Assembly: GCA_002269645.1 (NCBI GenBank) | Contig: NIVC01000012.1 | Coordinates: 248,001-312,000, forward strand | Direction of reading: 5' to 3' | Length of the DNA: 64,000 nt | Origin: Macrostomum lignano | Taxonomy: Eukaryota | In this document: positions 38,574 to 48,764 of the stretch, piece by piece | Layout: every line of letters starts with the position of its first letter | Numbering within the stretch: the first letter of the stretch is position 1 | The notes under the pieces: generated by a model | What the model saw: only the letters and a program-made list of their open reading frames with translations | What the model was told of the DNA's origin: nothing | Database searches by the model: none | Made by a program: the position numbers and the translations under genes

Positions 38574-39473
38574 TCAGAATCTACTAACACGAATAGGAAT
38601 ATTTTCAGACACCAAATAGTCGTCTTGAAACACGACAACAATGTTGACTTCGAATTCGATTCGGAAATTGGTAGCCGAAACGCTTGGACAGGTGAACAGA
38701 CGCGGCAGCACCATGTGCAGAGGGATTTTAATCCCTCTGGGAGCGTCTCCATCAGCCACTTGGATATTCTGTATCTCAGTAGTCTCTTTAGCGTAGCCTT
38801 CCAGACAGCCGCAGGTCTCTACGCGTACCAGCTGCAGTTCTACACTTTTAATCCGAGTAGCGCACTGCTCAATGACTAGCTCGCCACTCAGTGGCTCAGA
38901 AATACTAATGTGACTCGATGTGAGTTGGCCGGTGACGCGAAATTTCGGTAGACTGGCCTTGTTCTGAACATTGACTACACTGTCCGGGCTGATAGCGAAA
39001 GTTACTGGCGTCTGCGAGCTCGGTTGGCCAGCATTCTTTGGATTGTATTCGACTAAGAACTCGCAAGTTTTGCTGAGATCTTTGTTCAATAGAGAGCGTT
39101 TTAAGTCCAATTGAAGCACGTACTGAATGTTAATGAACACTCCGTGGTATGTCTCATACAGTGTTTTGTTACCCTTGGATTTGAACGGTATTTCAAATGG
39201 GATTTCTGTTAATCCGGTGGTGAATTTGCCAGGCTTAGCTAGTTCTAGTGTGGCTCCGGTCAGTTGAATCGGCTTGATACTGTTATAGAATGCTTCGAAT
39301 ACTCCGACATTTTTTGAGCTAAGCTGCATGCTAACTGTGCCAGTCAGATTCAATGTGAGACCATTGTGACCGCAGTCTTGTTTGCATCGAATCACGGCAT
39401 AGCCGGAGATTGTGTCACCATCGGTGTACGTTTTGTTAATACGCTTCAAACGAATGTCTAAAGTGGCTGCCAT
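38574..39473 (-). CDS. VPS26C: VPS26C/DSCR3 (Retriever complex subunit), intronless, 299 aa
   Basis: LDIRLKR.NK.Y, MQLSSKNVGVFEAFYNSIKPIQL, LYETYHGVF.NIQY, ELQLVRVETCGC.EGY, PRLFTCP, FE.NIVV.F..DYL..EN all match DSCR3. Confidence 0.97.
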   Translation of the reverse strand: MAATLDIRLKRINKTYTDGDTISGYAVIRCKQDCGHNGLTLNLTGTVSMQLSSKNVGVFEAFYNSIKPIQLTGATLELAKPGKFTTGLTEIPFEIPFKSKGNKTLYETYHGVFINIQYVLQLDLKRSLLNKDLSKTCEFLVEYNPKNAGQPSSQTPVTFAISPDSVVNVQNKASLPKFRVTGQLTSSHISISEPLSGELVIEQCATRIKSVELQLVRVETCGCLEGYAKETTEIQNIQVADGDAPRGIKIPLHMVLPRLFTCPSVSATNFRIEFEVNIVVVFQDDYLVSENIPIRVSRF

Positions 39474-39564
39474 TGCGGTTGTAGAGTTGACACATGCAAA
39501 TAGATGGAGTTGAAATATATTAGAAAGACATGATAATTGATTACACCTGACCTAATAGCCAGAT

Positions 39565-39765
39565 GTACAACCGACAGCTCAGCCGTAGTTATTGCTCCAC
39601 TCCAAGGACTGGGGGGCACCCATTTTAAAGCTGGGTTAACTGCAGCAATGCAGAGTTAATGCGTCTTGCTCAAGGACACAAATTGTTGTGAGTGGGTCGA
39701 GAATCGAACCCCCTTAGACCTTTTAGTCGTGAATCCGACGCTCTAATAACCACTAGGCTGCAACC
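39565..39765 (-). mobile_element. tRNA-derived SINE family A (CORE-like), internally deleted
   Basis: Reverse complement of the head and core of 31343-31610 (cttgctcaaggacacaaattg...gggtcgagaatcgaaccc). Confidence 0.82.
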
Positions 39766-40304
39766 GACGTAGCGGTTGATCTTAATGATTTTAGATGACA
39801 AAAATGACAAATTTCAGTTCTAATGTTGTCAGCGTAAGTTACCCCCGAGGGGGGCTAAGCTGCTAGTCCTATATACTAAATATTAAGCGTTTTAACAGAA
39901 TAACTGAGACTACAGCGGTAGACCTAATTGTATTAGACAATGTAAAAAGCCTAAATTAGTTTAACTAAAGTATTCCTATGAATGCTACTTATGAAAATAA
40001 ACAAATGTAAGGCACAGAAGAGAGTTAATAAAGTAAAAAAACACCTGTCACAACGTATGAAATACTTTTGCATCGATTAGGCAGTTATTGTATTGTGTAT
40101 TATTAGAACAAACATAGTTTTAAATGCTTGACGTATGACTTATGCATGTACCACTGGACCTCTCACTGTGAACCAATGTGTTGAATAAAGATAAAGACTA
40201 CTTATCTACTTTACTCCCGGTGTTCTCAATCTTTATCAAGCAAGTTACTTACTGGCTCAGGTACAAAAGTTTTGTTAGCGCACAAATATTATTCTTTTAT
40301 ACTA

Positions 40305-40898
40305 CTAAGTAGCGATAGTAGTTTTAACCGACAAAGTCTGCAAACAAACTGGGCAAGAGTGCAAAGAGTCGTGCAACAGCCGATCGCAATCGATACAATA
40401 ATGAGACCGACAGTCGCTGCACTGGTAGGCTTCCGTGCTAGCGCCTAGTCTGTCGCCACATCCGCAACAGCCCGTACTGGCCGCCAAGGTGACCTCGGCG
40501 AATGCCTTCAACGGGAACAGGTGCTGATAGGATCTGGCCAGGTGAGCGGCGCTGGCCAAACTTAATCCGCAAATCCGACAATCAACCGGCAGCTCGCAGT
40601 AAAGACAGGCGCACTGGGGGCAGGCGTGAGCGGTGGCCCCGGCTGATAGTACGGTGCCGTGACAGGCGCAAATGCGGATGACATCCTGCTTGGATCTCGG
40701 CTGCTCCTGGCCATCCTGCCCAGCCGAGTAGGGGAAGCCCATTTTGATCAGAGCGGGATCGGGAGCGCTGGCCGGCGGCGGCAGGAAGCTGGACATGATG
40801 TCGGACAGATGGACAGCGTCTAGCGGCACAGAGTAGGTGCCACCAGTGGCCTGGGCGAGTTTGCGCAATACGCGAATATCCGCTGACAGAGATATTAC
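40305..40898 (-). CDS. GTF2H2: TFIIH p44 exon 3 (end of VWA, zinc finger CPQC...C, C-terminal C1/RING-like)
   Basis: tttacag|GTA acceptor; LA..TGG.Y.V.LD..HL, MGFP, CPQC...YCELP..C..CGL.L..A.HLARSY.HLFPL..F, C.DCD...HDSLH.CP.C. Confidence 0.95.
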   Translation of the reverse strand, partial: VISLSADIRVLRKLAQATGGTYSVPLDAVHLSDIMSSFLPPPASAPDPALIKMGFPYSAGQDGQEQPRSKQDVIRICACHGTVLSAGATAHACPQCACLYCELPVDCRICGLSLASAAHLARSYQHLFPLKAFAEVTLAASTGCCGCGDRLGASTEAYQCSDCRSHYCIDCDRLLHDSLHSCPVCLQTLSVKTTIAT

Positions 40899-40999
40899 CT
40901 GTAAATTGGGCAATTTATGGGAAAGGGACGCCAATTGGCAAGGTTTAGAAGGTAAAACAATGTTCCCTAGAGCTTGCACTTTGCCCTTGACGCATCATG

Positions 41000-41590
41000 G
41001 CGGAACAGAGACAGAGAGATGGAGAGAGGCTAGGAAGGAAAGCGTTGGGAGAAAGTAGAAAGAGGGTAAAGAGGGTAGACAAAGGATAGACGAGAGTGAG
41101 GATAGAGGGGAGAGATCTAAGGGGGGGGGGAGGGTAAAATGAGAGAAAGGGAAGCGGGGACGCGAGAGAGAGAGAGAGAGGAAATCAGGTAGAAAGTAAT
41201 TAGAAAGAGGGTAAAGAGGGTAGAGAAAGGATAGACGAGAGTGAGGATAGAGGGGAGAGATCTAAGGGGGGGAGGGTAAAATGAGAGAAAGGGAAGCGGA
41301 GACGCGAGAGAGAGCGGAAATCAGGTAGAGCGGAAAGCGGGTGGAGAGGGGAAGGTGGGTAGACAGGGGAAGGCGGGTAGAGAGAGGAAAGCGGGTAGAG
41401 GGGAAAGCGGGTAGAGGGGAAAGCGGGTAGAGGGGAAAGCAGGTAGAGAGGGCAAGGCGGGTAGAGAGGGGAAAGCGGGTAGAGGGGAAAGCAGGTAGAG
41501 AGGGCAAGGCGGGTAGAGAGGGGAAAGCGGGTAGAGGGGAAGGAGGGTAATTAGAGGAAAGCGGGTAGAGGGAAAGGAGGGTAGGAAGGG
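41000..41590. repeat. G/A-rich intronic repeats: a duplicated ~130-bp block and ~17-bp GCGGGTAGAGGGGAAA units
   Basis: 41060-41200 is repeated at 41215-41330, followed by tandem units. Confidence 0.8.
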
Positions 41591-41658
41591 TACAGATCTA
41601 GGACTTGAAAAACAGTAACAATAAAAGAAAAAAAGGCAGACAGAAATGATTCACTCAC

Positions 41659-42174
41659 CGAACACCTGATCCTAGCCTTGGCCAGTTTGCTAATGGTCGC
41701 ACCGATATCTCCCGGATCGCAGGTGCTCAAGGCTGACACCAGCACGAGAACCTCTTTGCAGGCGTGGCCTGGCAGGGGGCCCAGCGTGTCGTAGGCCATC
41801 TCCAGCAGGTTCTGAAATGACGCCTCCCCTTCGGGACGGGCGGTTTTGCCCGAGCCGGCCTGAGCCAAATCTTTTAGCGCGTCCAAATGTCGCCTGGGAT
41901 TGCCAGTGAGCTCGGTCACTCTCTCGGCCAGCTTCCGTCTGGTCAGCAGTACGCCCAGCTGTCCGATGGGATTCTGATCGAAGAATCCGGACACGAAGTT
42001 GCGCATTGCGGATAGGCAGGCGGCTAAACGGCAGGGTTTGAGATCGGCCAAGCCCATGGTCTCTGAGCAGTCCAGGCACAGCAGCAGGTGCCGCATCATG
42101 CCCAGCTTGCTGGCCCGGCCACCGCCGCCGGGTAGCAGGGCTGCCGCTGCGAGACGGTGCCGGCGCTTGCGGGC
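41659..42174 (-). CDS. GTF2H2: TFIIH p44 exon 2 (Ssl1-like VWA: KLGMMRHL...DLKP.RL...FFDQNPIGQLG...LSTCDPGDI)
   Basis: ccgcag|GCC acceptor and TCG|GTGAGT donor; 172 codons, phase 0/0. Confidence 0.95.
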
Positions 42175-42196
42175 CTGCGGGGTTTGGGGTTCGATA

Positions 42197-42372
42197 CTGA
42201 CTGACTGACTGACTGACTGACTGACTGACTGACTGACTGATTGACTGACTGACTGACTGACTGACTGACTGACTGACTGTCTGACTGACTGACTGTCTGA
42301 CTGTCTGACTGACTGACTGACTGACTGACTGACTGACTGACTGACTGTCTGACTGACTGACTGACTGACTAG
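42197..42372. repeat. (GACT)n microsatellite in GTF2H2 intron 1
   Basis: Direct reading. Confidence 0.95.
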
Positions 42373-42414
42373 CTAACTAAATAAGTCCAATGAGCCCAAT
42401 AACAATTCACCCAC

Positions 42415-42609
42415 CTGCTCCAGACGCCCAACAGCCCCAGCCAGGCGACCCTCCTCATCCTCAGCCAGGGCCTCCCAGGAGCGCTCGAACTGCGACTCCC
42501 AGCGAAAGCCGCCGCCAGAGAGCGCGGCCGCATCCTCGTCCTGAAGCCGGTAGCCGCTGGTGCCCGCTGTGGGTCGCGCAGACGGCTTTGCGAATCCGTA
42601 GTTTGCCAT
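42415..42609 (-). CDS. GTF2H2: TFIIH p44 exon 1 (RWESQFERSWEALAEDEEGRL)
   Basis: Matches the p44 RWE..YERTWE.L.EDE.G motif; CAG|GTGGGT donor, phase 0. Confidence 0.9.
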
Positions 42610-42684
42610 GCTGTTTGCTGTTCAAACTCTTGGCATGCATAAGCATGGGGCTGTGCCTGCTTGACTGACTGGCAATATGATTCA

Positions 42685-43165
42685 CTGGGGATCTGGGAGG
42701 CTGGCCCAGCAACTGAGGATCTGGGAGGCTGGCCCAGCAACTGACACTCTGGGAGGCTGGCCCAGCAACAGACACTCTGGGAGGCTGGCCCAGCAACTGA
42801 GAATCTGAGAGGCTTGCCCAGCAACTGAGCATCTGGGAGGCTGGCCCAGCAACTGGGGATCTGGGAGGCTTGCCCAGCAACTGAGCATCTGGGAGGCTGG
42901 CCCAGCAACTGGGGATCTGGGAGGCTGGCCCAGCAACTGACACTCTGGGAAGCTGGCCCAGCAACTGACACTCTGGGAGGCTGGCCCAGCAACTGGGGAT
43001 CTGGGAGGCTGGCCCAGCAACTGACACTCTGGGAGGCTGGCCCAGCAACAGACACTCTGGGAGGCTGGCCCAACAACTGACACTCTGGGGAGCTGCTGGC
43101 CCGGCAACGGAGGATCTAGGAGGCTGGCTCAGCAACTGGGGATCTGGGAGGCGGGCCCAGCAACT
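42685..43165. repeat. 28-bp GC-rich minisatellite (CTGGGAGGCTGGCCCAGCAACTGACACT) between SURF1 and GTF2H2
   Basis: Period 28 (42721, 42749, ...); about 17 units. Confidence 0.94.
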
Positions 43166-43348
43166 CTAGCATGGGCCCAGCATGTCTAAAACAAAGAAAA
43201 ATAAATAGTCAAGAACGAAAAACCATGTAAGAAGCCTATTTAAAAAAGCACAATAATTTTCATGAAAGATTTAATAGGTCAATAAAGTATTAAACTAATT
43301 CTGAGAGCATATGTATAGTACACAGATTATGATGTATAGTATCTTTCA

Positions 43349-43641
43349 TCATCGAATTCGCATAGCCCAGAACACCAGCAGCAGCGCGCCCAGAGAATAC
43401 CAGGTAACAATATAGGACAGGTGCTCGTTACGCAAGCTCAGTCTAGTCTGCCCGCCAATAGGAAAAGTGCCAGCAGATTCACTAGAATCCATGCCAGAAG
43501 CGCAGGCGTCAACAAAGAATGGCAGGGTGTTGAGCTCGCCGCTCAGAGCTTCGACATCGCGGCGTATGCGGCAGGTGACGCCGCGGCGAGCGCTGCGAGA
43601 CTGAGGCCCGACAGCGCCGCTGTTGGCCGGGCTGCGGGCGT
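43349..43641 (-). CDS. SURF1: SURF1 last exon (PIGGQTRLSLRNEHLSYIVTWYSL)
   Basis: ccgcag|AC acceptor, phase 1; diagnostic SURF1 C-terminal motif; stop TGA. Confidence 0.92.
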
Positions 43642-43659
43642 CTGCGGGCGATTCAAGGC

Positions 43660-44300
43660 ATGCTGCCTTCATCTCTGACCCTTCCCAACATGCTGCCTTC
43701 ATCTCTGACCCTTCCCAACACGCTGCCTTCATCTCTGACGCTTTCCAACATACTGCCTTCATCTCTGACCCTTCCCAACATGCTGCCTTCATCTCTGACC
43801 CTTCCCAACATGCTGCCTTCATCTCTGACCCTTCCCAACATGCTGCCTTCATCTCTGACCCTTCCCAACATGCTGCCTTCATCTCTGACCCTTCCCAACA
43901 CGCTGCCTTCATCTCTGACGCTTCCCAACATACTGCCTTCATCTCTGACCCTTCCCAACATGCTGCCTTCATCTCTGACCCTTCCCAACATGCTGCCTTC
44001 ATCTCTGACCCTTCCCAACACGCTGCCTTCATCTCTGACCCTTCCCAACATGCTGCCTTCATCTCTGACCCTTCCCGACATGCTGCCTTCATCTCTGACC
44101 CTTCCCAACATGCTGCCTTCATCTCTGACTCTTCCCAACATGCTGGCTTCATCTCTGACCCTTCCTAACCTGCTGCCTTCATCTCCGACCCTTCCTAACA
44201 TGCTCCCTTCATCTCTGACCCTTCCTAACATGCTTCCTTTATCTCTGACCCTTCCTAACATGCTGCCTTCATCTCTGACCCTTCCCTCCATGCTCCCTTT
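43660..44300. repeat. 30-bp minisatellite (CATGCTGCCTTCATCTCTGACCCTTCCCAA) filling a SURF1 intron
   Basis: About 21 near-identical units. Confidence 0.96.
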
Positions 44301-44369
44301 ACTTTTTTTCAGCCAACATGTATCTTAAATTTATTCAAGCATGAACCAGCAGCACCAATAGCTCCTCAC

Positions 44370-44594
44370 CGACAAGATAGCCTCCAACCAATCCAGCCGG
44401 TTCAGTCAGCCTCACCAAACCGGTCAATTCCACTCGGCCTCTCTGCTGCCATTGCGGCCTGGTAGCTGGATCGGCCAGCTTAGCCGGTACCCAGCCGCGA
44501 TTCACCAGGACACGCTCGCCGCTATCAGCCAATCGGAACGGAGTGATCACGTGATAGCCAACCCCGGCTCCGCTAGAGAATAGACTGTTGCCGC
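44370..44594 (-). CDS. SURF1: SURF1 middle exon (GYHVITPF...VLVNRGWVP...LTGLVRLTE)
   Basis: tgtgcag|GC acceptor and G|GTGAGG donor; 225 nt, phase 1/1; VNRGWVP motif. Confidence 0.92.
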
Positions 44595-44649
44595 CTGCAC
44601 AGGTGTTTGTGTTATGATAGAGTTTTATTAGTGTTTTTAAATATCTATT

Positions 44650-45200
44650 ACCGTATTAGTGTATTACCTATTACCGTATCAGATAGTGTATTACCTATTA
44701 CTGTATCAGATAGTATATTTCCTATTACCCTAATTAGTGGTAGTACCTATTACCCGAATTAGTGTATTACTAATTACCCTAATTAGTGTATTACCTATTG
44801 CCCTAATTAGTGTATTATCTATTACCCTAATTAGTGTATTACCTATTACCGTATCAGATAGTGTATTGCCTATTACCGTATCAGATAGTGTATTACCTAT
44901 TACCCTAATTAGTGTATTACTAATTATCCTAATTAGTGTATTACCTACTACCCTAATTAGTGTTTATCTATTACCCTAATTAGTGTATTAACTATTACCC
45001 TAATTACCTAATTATTTAATTATCTAATTACTCTAATTATCTATTACCCTAATTAGTGTATTACCTATTACCCTTATTAGTGCATTATACCTATTACCCT
45101 TATTAGTACATTACACATAATTCTCTAATTAGCGTATTACCAATTATCCTAGTTAGTATATTAACTTTTACCGTATCAGATACATGTAGTGTTACCTATT
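44650..45200. repeat. AT-rich ~21-bp degenerate tandem repeat (ATTAGTGTATTACCTATTACCCTA-like)
   Basis: Direct reading; lies in a SURF1 intron. Confidence 0.85.
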
Positions 45201-45395
45201 GTACTTTGTTAAAACTCTTGACACAAGGAGCGTCACTCTAGAACAATAACCACCAAATCTTGTCCTTATTAGTGTTTTATCTATTAGCTAAAACAGTAAA
45301 ACTTTTTAAAAATCAATTAGAACTCTATAAAATACTGGCTTTATATCTCTCACTAGCTACTAATTAGTATGAAATATATTATTATCAAAACTGAC

Positions 45396-45843
45396 CGTCA
45401 GCACCAGCACTTGATTTCGGATCGATAAGATGCCGCGGTCCAATCAGAACCTCGCCATCGTGATCGAATTCGCCTATAATTCTAACAGGTCTGAACTCCA
45501 TGTCGTCTAAAGACTTAGCCATCAGCTCCTTCACCGAGCCGCCATCAACAATCACAGGCGGTTGAGTAGTTCTCCTATTCAACGATTCAATCAAATCCAA
45601 TTTCCATTGCCGTCGATAAACCTGCCAGGTGCCTAAACAGAAGCAGATTGCTGGAAATGCTAGAAACCATTTGTTACGAGGACCGTCGCTATCGCGACCT
45701 TTGTAAGAGTTGGAGTAGCCGCGTTGCACTGTCGTGTATTTGAAAGCATGTTGGCTTGCTGCTTCTAGCAAAGGGTAATGCGGATTTCTCAAGCAGCGAA
45801 GTGGCTGTAGGAGCAGCACCGCTCGTTGACAATGAAAGCTGGA
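45396..45843 (-). CDS. SURF1: SURF1 first identifiable exon (transit-peptide-like N-terminus, LGTWQVYRRQWK, EFRPV...G.FDH); no initiator ATG
   Basis: Acceptor tttctttttcttgcag|TCC (phase 0) and donor G|GTCAGT (phase 1). The ORF-track start is a TTG inside the acceptor. Confidence 0.9.
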
Positions 45844-45884
45844 CTGCAAGAAAAAGAAATTTAACAGTTGCGAGCGCGCAAACT

Positions 45885-46190
45885 TGTACCTTCCTGTACC
45901 CCTGTGTCTACTTCCTGTACTCCCATGTCTACTTCCTGTACTCCCATGTCTACTTCCTGCACTCCCATGTCTACTTCCTGTGCCCCCATGTCTACTTCCT
46001 GTACTCCCATGTCTACTTCCTGTACTCCCATGTCCACTTCCTTTACTCCCATGTCCACTTCCTGTGCCCCCATGTCTACTTCATGTGGTCCCTTGTCTAC
46101 TTCCTGTGCCACCATGTCTACTTCCTGTACTCCTATGTCCACTTCCTGTACTCCCGTGTCTACTTCCTGTACTCCCATGCCTACTTCCTG
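45885..46190. repeat. 21-bp minisatellite (TGTCTACTTCCTGTACTCCCA)
   Basis: About 14 units, just upstream of the SURF1 acceptor. Confidence 0.93.
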
Positions 46191-46981
46191 AGACCTGGGA
46201 CTGCTTAACTTGTTATGTCACTTGCTAAGATAATATCTAAATTTAAATAAATACTTTTTTTATTTTTTTTAAAACAATTTTAACATATTTTAACAATTAT
46301 GAAAGGCCGAACTGCACATGAAAATGATAACAATCACCGTGATTATATAATTTATTGAATGCAATCAATTTTAGAGTATGCAATGGAACATGTCACATTT
46401 AACTAGGAAAGCAGACAAAAACTTATGTTAGATTTTATTAAAACAAATTCAGACAAGGGGTCAATAATTATGACAAGTGTAATCCCCTCTCACATTCTTC
46501 TGCAGGCTAACGGAGTTCAAGGCATTATAAATCATAAGAAAATTCAAAGGGCCTGTCAACTTAAGTTCATAAAGTGGTGTCTTTTATCATCCCCTTGCTA
46601 GTTCTCTATCCCAAGTCCAATTTTGTTGTTTTTTGCCAAACTTAGCTTCCAAGTGTCACTGTGAGCAGAATGACGTATCATTCGGGCAAATAGGTTACTT
46701 GGGCTCCACTTCATGAGCTTAAGTTGACAGGCTCTTTCTTAATTTGCTTTTCTTTCAACCCCGCAATTGCGATTGAAAATTAAATTAAATTTTTATTTGT
46801 CTGTTCTGTTTTAAATTAAATGCAACGCTCTTTATCTTTTTCATCATCCCACAACATGCCACTCTGGACACAAGGAGCGTCACTCTAGAAACAATAACCA
46901 CCAATCTTGTGCAAGGAGTACCACTCCACTCCAAGGCGTACTACGCAAGTCAGATTGAGGTCTTGAAGAGAATTTTTACTT

Positions 46982-47179
46982 CAGGAGGCGGAAAACTTCG
47001 GCCCACAAAGCCTCTCTATCCGGCCCTCGGGTCCTATTAAACCTTACAATAGCAAACCGACCGGCCCAAGGGTTCGCTGAGCTCTCTTCTCTCTTCTGTT
47101 ATTTCCTCGCCTCTCCTTTATCCCACCTCTTTTCCCTATTCTATCTTCTATCTTGAGGTAAAAAGGGTGCCGACCCCTG
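46982..47179 (+). mobile_element. ~200-bp hAT-like MITE with CT-rich interior
   Basis: Right end GGGTGCCGACCCCTG (reverse complement CAGGGGTCGGCACCC); degenerate left end CAGGAGGCGGAAAAC; shares internal motifs with 2938 and 54835. No clean TSD. Confidence 0.55.
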
Positions 47180-47418
47180 GTTTAGTCGAATGTTTAAGAT
47201 AGGTTCAGACGTTGTACTCGTGTATCGATACTTTTCAATAAACATTAGCCTCATTTTATAGCAAATCACAGTGTATACAAGGTGTAGTTTTATATAAAAT
47301 CATAATCTAAGCTGACGTTTGTTATTACTGATGTGGTTAGACTGACGATTTAAATCAAATTTCTTATAGTAAATATTCTAGCCCGAGCACGATCAAATTG
47401 AATGTGTTCACTTCATCA

Positions 47419-48642
47419 TCAATCGGTATCGCTATCGCTAAGCTGTAGATCATTCTGCAACAATTCCAAATCGCTGAGCACTTTTGTCGGAGCGGCAGAT
47501 GTTGCGGTGGTAACAGTAACAGCAGCAGCTGTTGTTGCAGGCTGCGCTGGAGGCTGACTGACGACTTCGACGAATTCTTCATCGGAAGAGGCGGAAGAAT
47601 CAGACGAGACAGAATCGTCATCGTCGTTAGAATTTAAAACTGCCGGCTTAGCCGGTTGAGAAGACTTTTGTTGTTGTTTCTTTAATTTCGGCTTCTGTGG
47701 GGCTTGAGTAGGCTTCTTAGCATCTGAATCGTCATCGTCTGATGAGGATAACGAAGAAGATGAAACTGAAGACACCGATGAAGCATCAGAAAGAGTGGCG
47801 GCGGCCACAACTTTTTCAGATTTCGACTTTTTAGCAACCGGCGGTTGTGGCTGCTTTTTCTGCTTTTTCTGCTGCTGCTCCAGTTCCTTTTTCTTTTGAG
47901 CTTTCTTCTTTTCTCTCTCCTGCTCTCGCTCTCTCTCCCGTTCTCTTTCCCTCTCTTTCTCTCGTTCTTTTTCGCGTTCACGTTCGCGTTTAGCCTCAGC
48001 TTCGGCTTCCGTGTCTGTCCCGTGCTCGTGTTTCTTTTTCTTTTTCTTCTGTGGCTGCTGCTGCTGCTGCTGTGAGGCAGCTTTCTCGGGCTTGCTTTTA
48101 CCAGTCTCACTAGACGATATCTTTCTATGGGAAGCTTGCACAGACGGCTGCTTGTGACTATTTGAACCAGAAACAGTGCCACTAGAAGAAGAAGACTTTT
48201 TCGGCACAGTTGTAGCCGCCGATGCCGCTTCAGCCGCTTTCATGCCCAGCTTCTTTTCAACCAAATCTAATTGGCACACTTCAATCCTAGCCTTCTTTAA
48301 TTGTACGTTCAAATTCACTCGCTCAATACGAGCCTCGCGAGTGATCGGGTCAAGAATTAACACGGCATCCTTGTGACACGGACGCTTGTGACCTTTGAAA
48401 ATAGTGTGCGACAGACTGCTAGCGGAGCCGTGAGCAAGCGAAACCGTGACATCGTCTGTAGAGCCGACCTCAACCAGACCCGGCTTAGACTGGTCCACAC
48501 TGGCTGGCATGAAGTCGTAGCGAAACGTAGAGAAACTTGCTCGATTCCTGGCGGCCGGTGTTGAACCGAACGTGTCGCCAATCTTCAGCGTGTACCGACC
48601 GCGCATGGCCGATGCCAGCGAAGTGTCAGACGATGAAGACAT
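47419..48642 (-). CDS. EAF1: ELL-associated factor (EAF1/2 family), single ORF of ~407 aa
   Basis: F.TFRYDFMPASVD, IFKGHKRPCHKDAVLI, V.LKK.R N-terminal EAF domain; acidic/Ser/Lys-rich middle; C-terminal LQNDLQLSDSD. First in-frame ATG is at 48642. Confidence 0.93.
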   Translation of the reverse strand: MSSSSDTSLASAMRGRYTLKIGDTFGSTPAARNRASFSTFRYDFMPASVDQSKPGLVEVGSTDDVTVSLAHGSASSLSHTIFKGHKRPCHKDAVLILDPITREARIERVNLNVQLKKARIEVCQLDLVEKKLGMKAAEAASAATTVPKKSSSSSGTVSGSNSHKQPSVQASHRKISSSETGKSKPEKAASQQQQQQPQKKKKKKHEHGTDTEAEAEAKREREREKEREKEREREREREREQEREKKKAQKKKELEQQQKKQKKQPQPPVAKKSKSEKVVAAATLSDASSVSSVSSSSLSSSDDDDSDAKKPTQAPQKPKLKKQQQKSSQPAKPAVLNSNDDDDSVSSDSSASSDEEFVEVVSQPPAQPATTAAAVTVTTATSAAPTKVLSDLELLQNDLQLSDSDTD

Positions 48643-48764
48643 CCGATCGGTGTCAATACTTCCAAGATTTATGATTTTCAAACGTCAATGTTTCTATTGT
48701 GAAAATCATGAATAGAAATTATGGTCACAAATTATTTAGGATACGTAAGTTATTGCGATTATTC

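Noticed and set aside
42369-44328. Repeat ORFs WASLP..., MKAACWEGSE..., SLTLPNMLPS...
   Set aside because: They are translations of the 28-bp and 30-bp arrays; only the non-repetitive end of 43349-44152 is real (SURF1).
47682-48182. Alternative-frame K/R-rich ORF within EAF
   Set aside because: It is a shadow of the charged, low-complexity EAF coding region.
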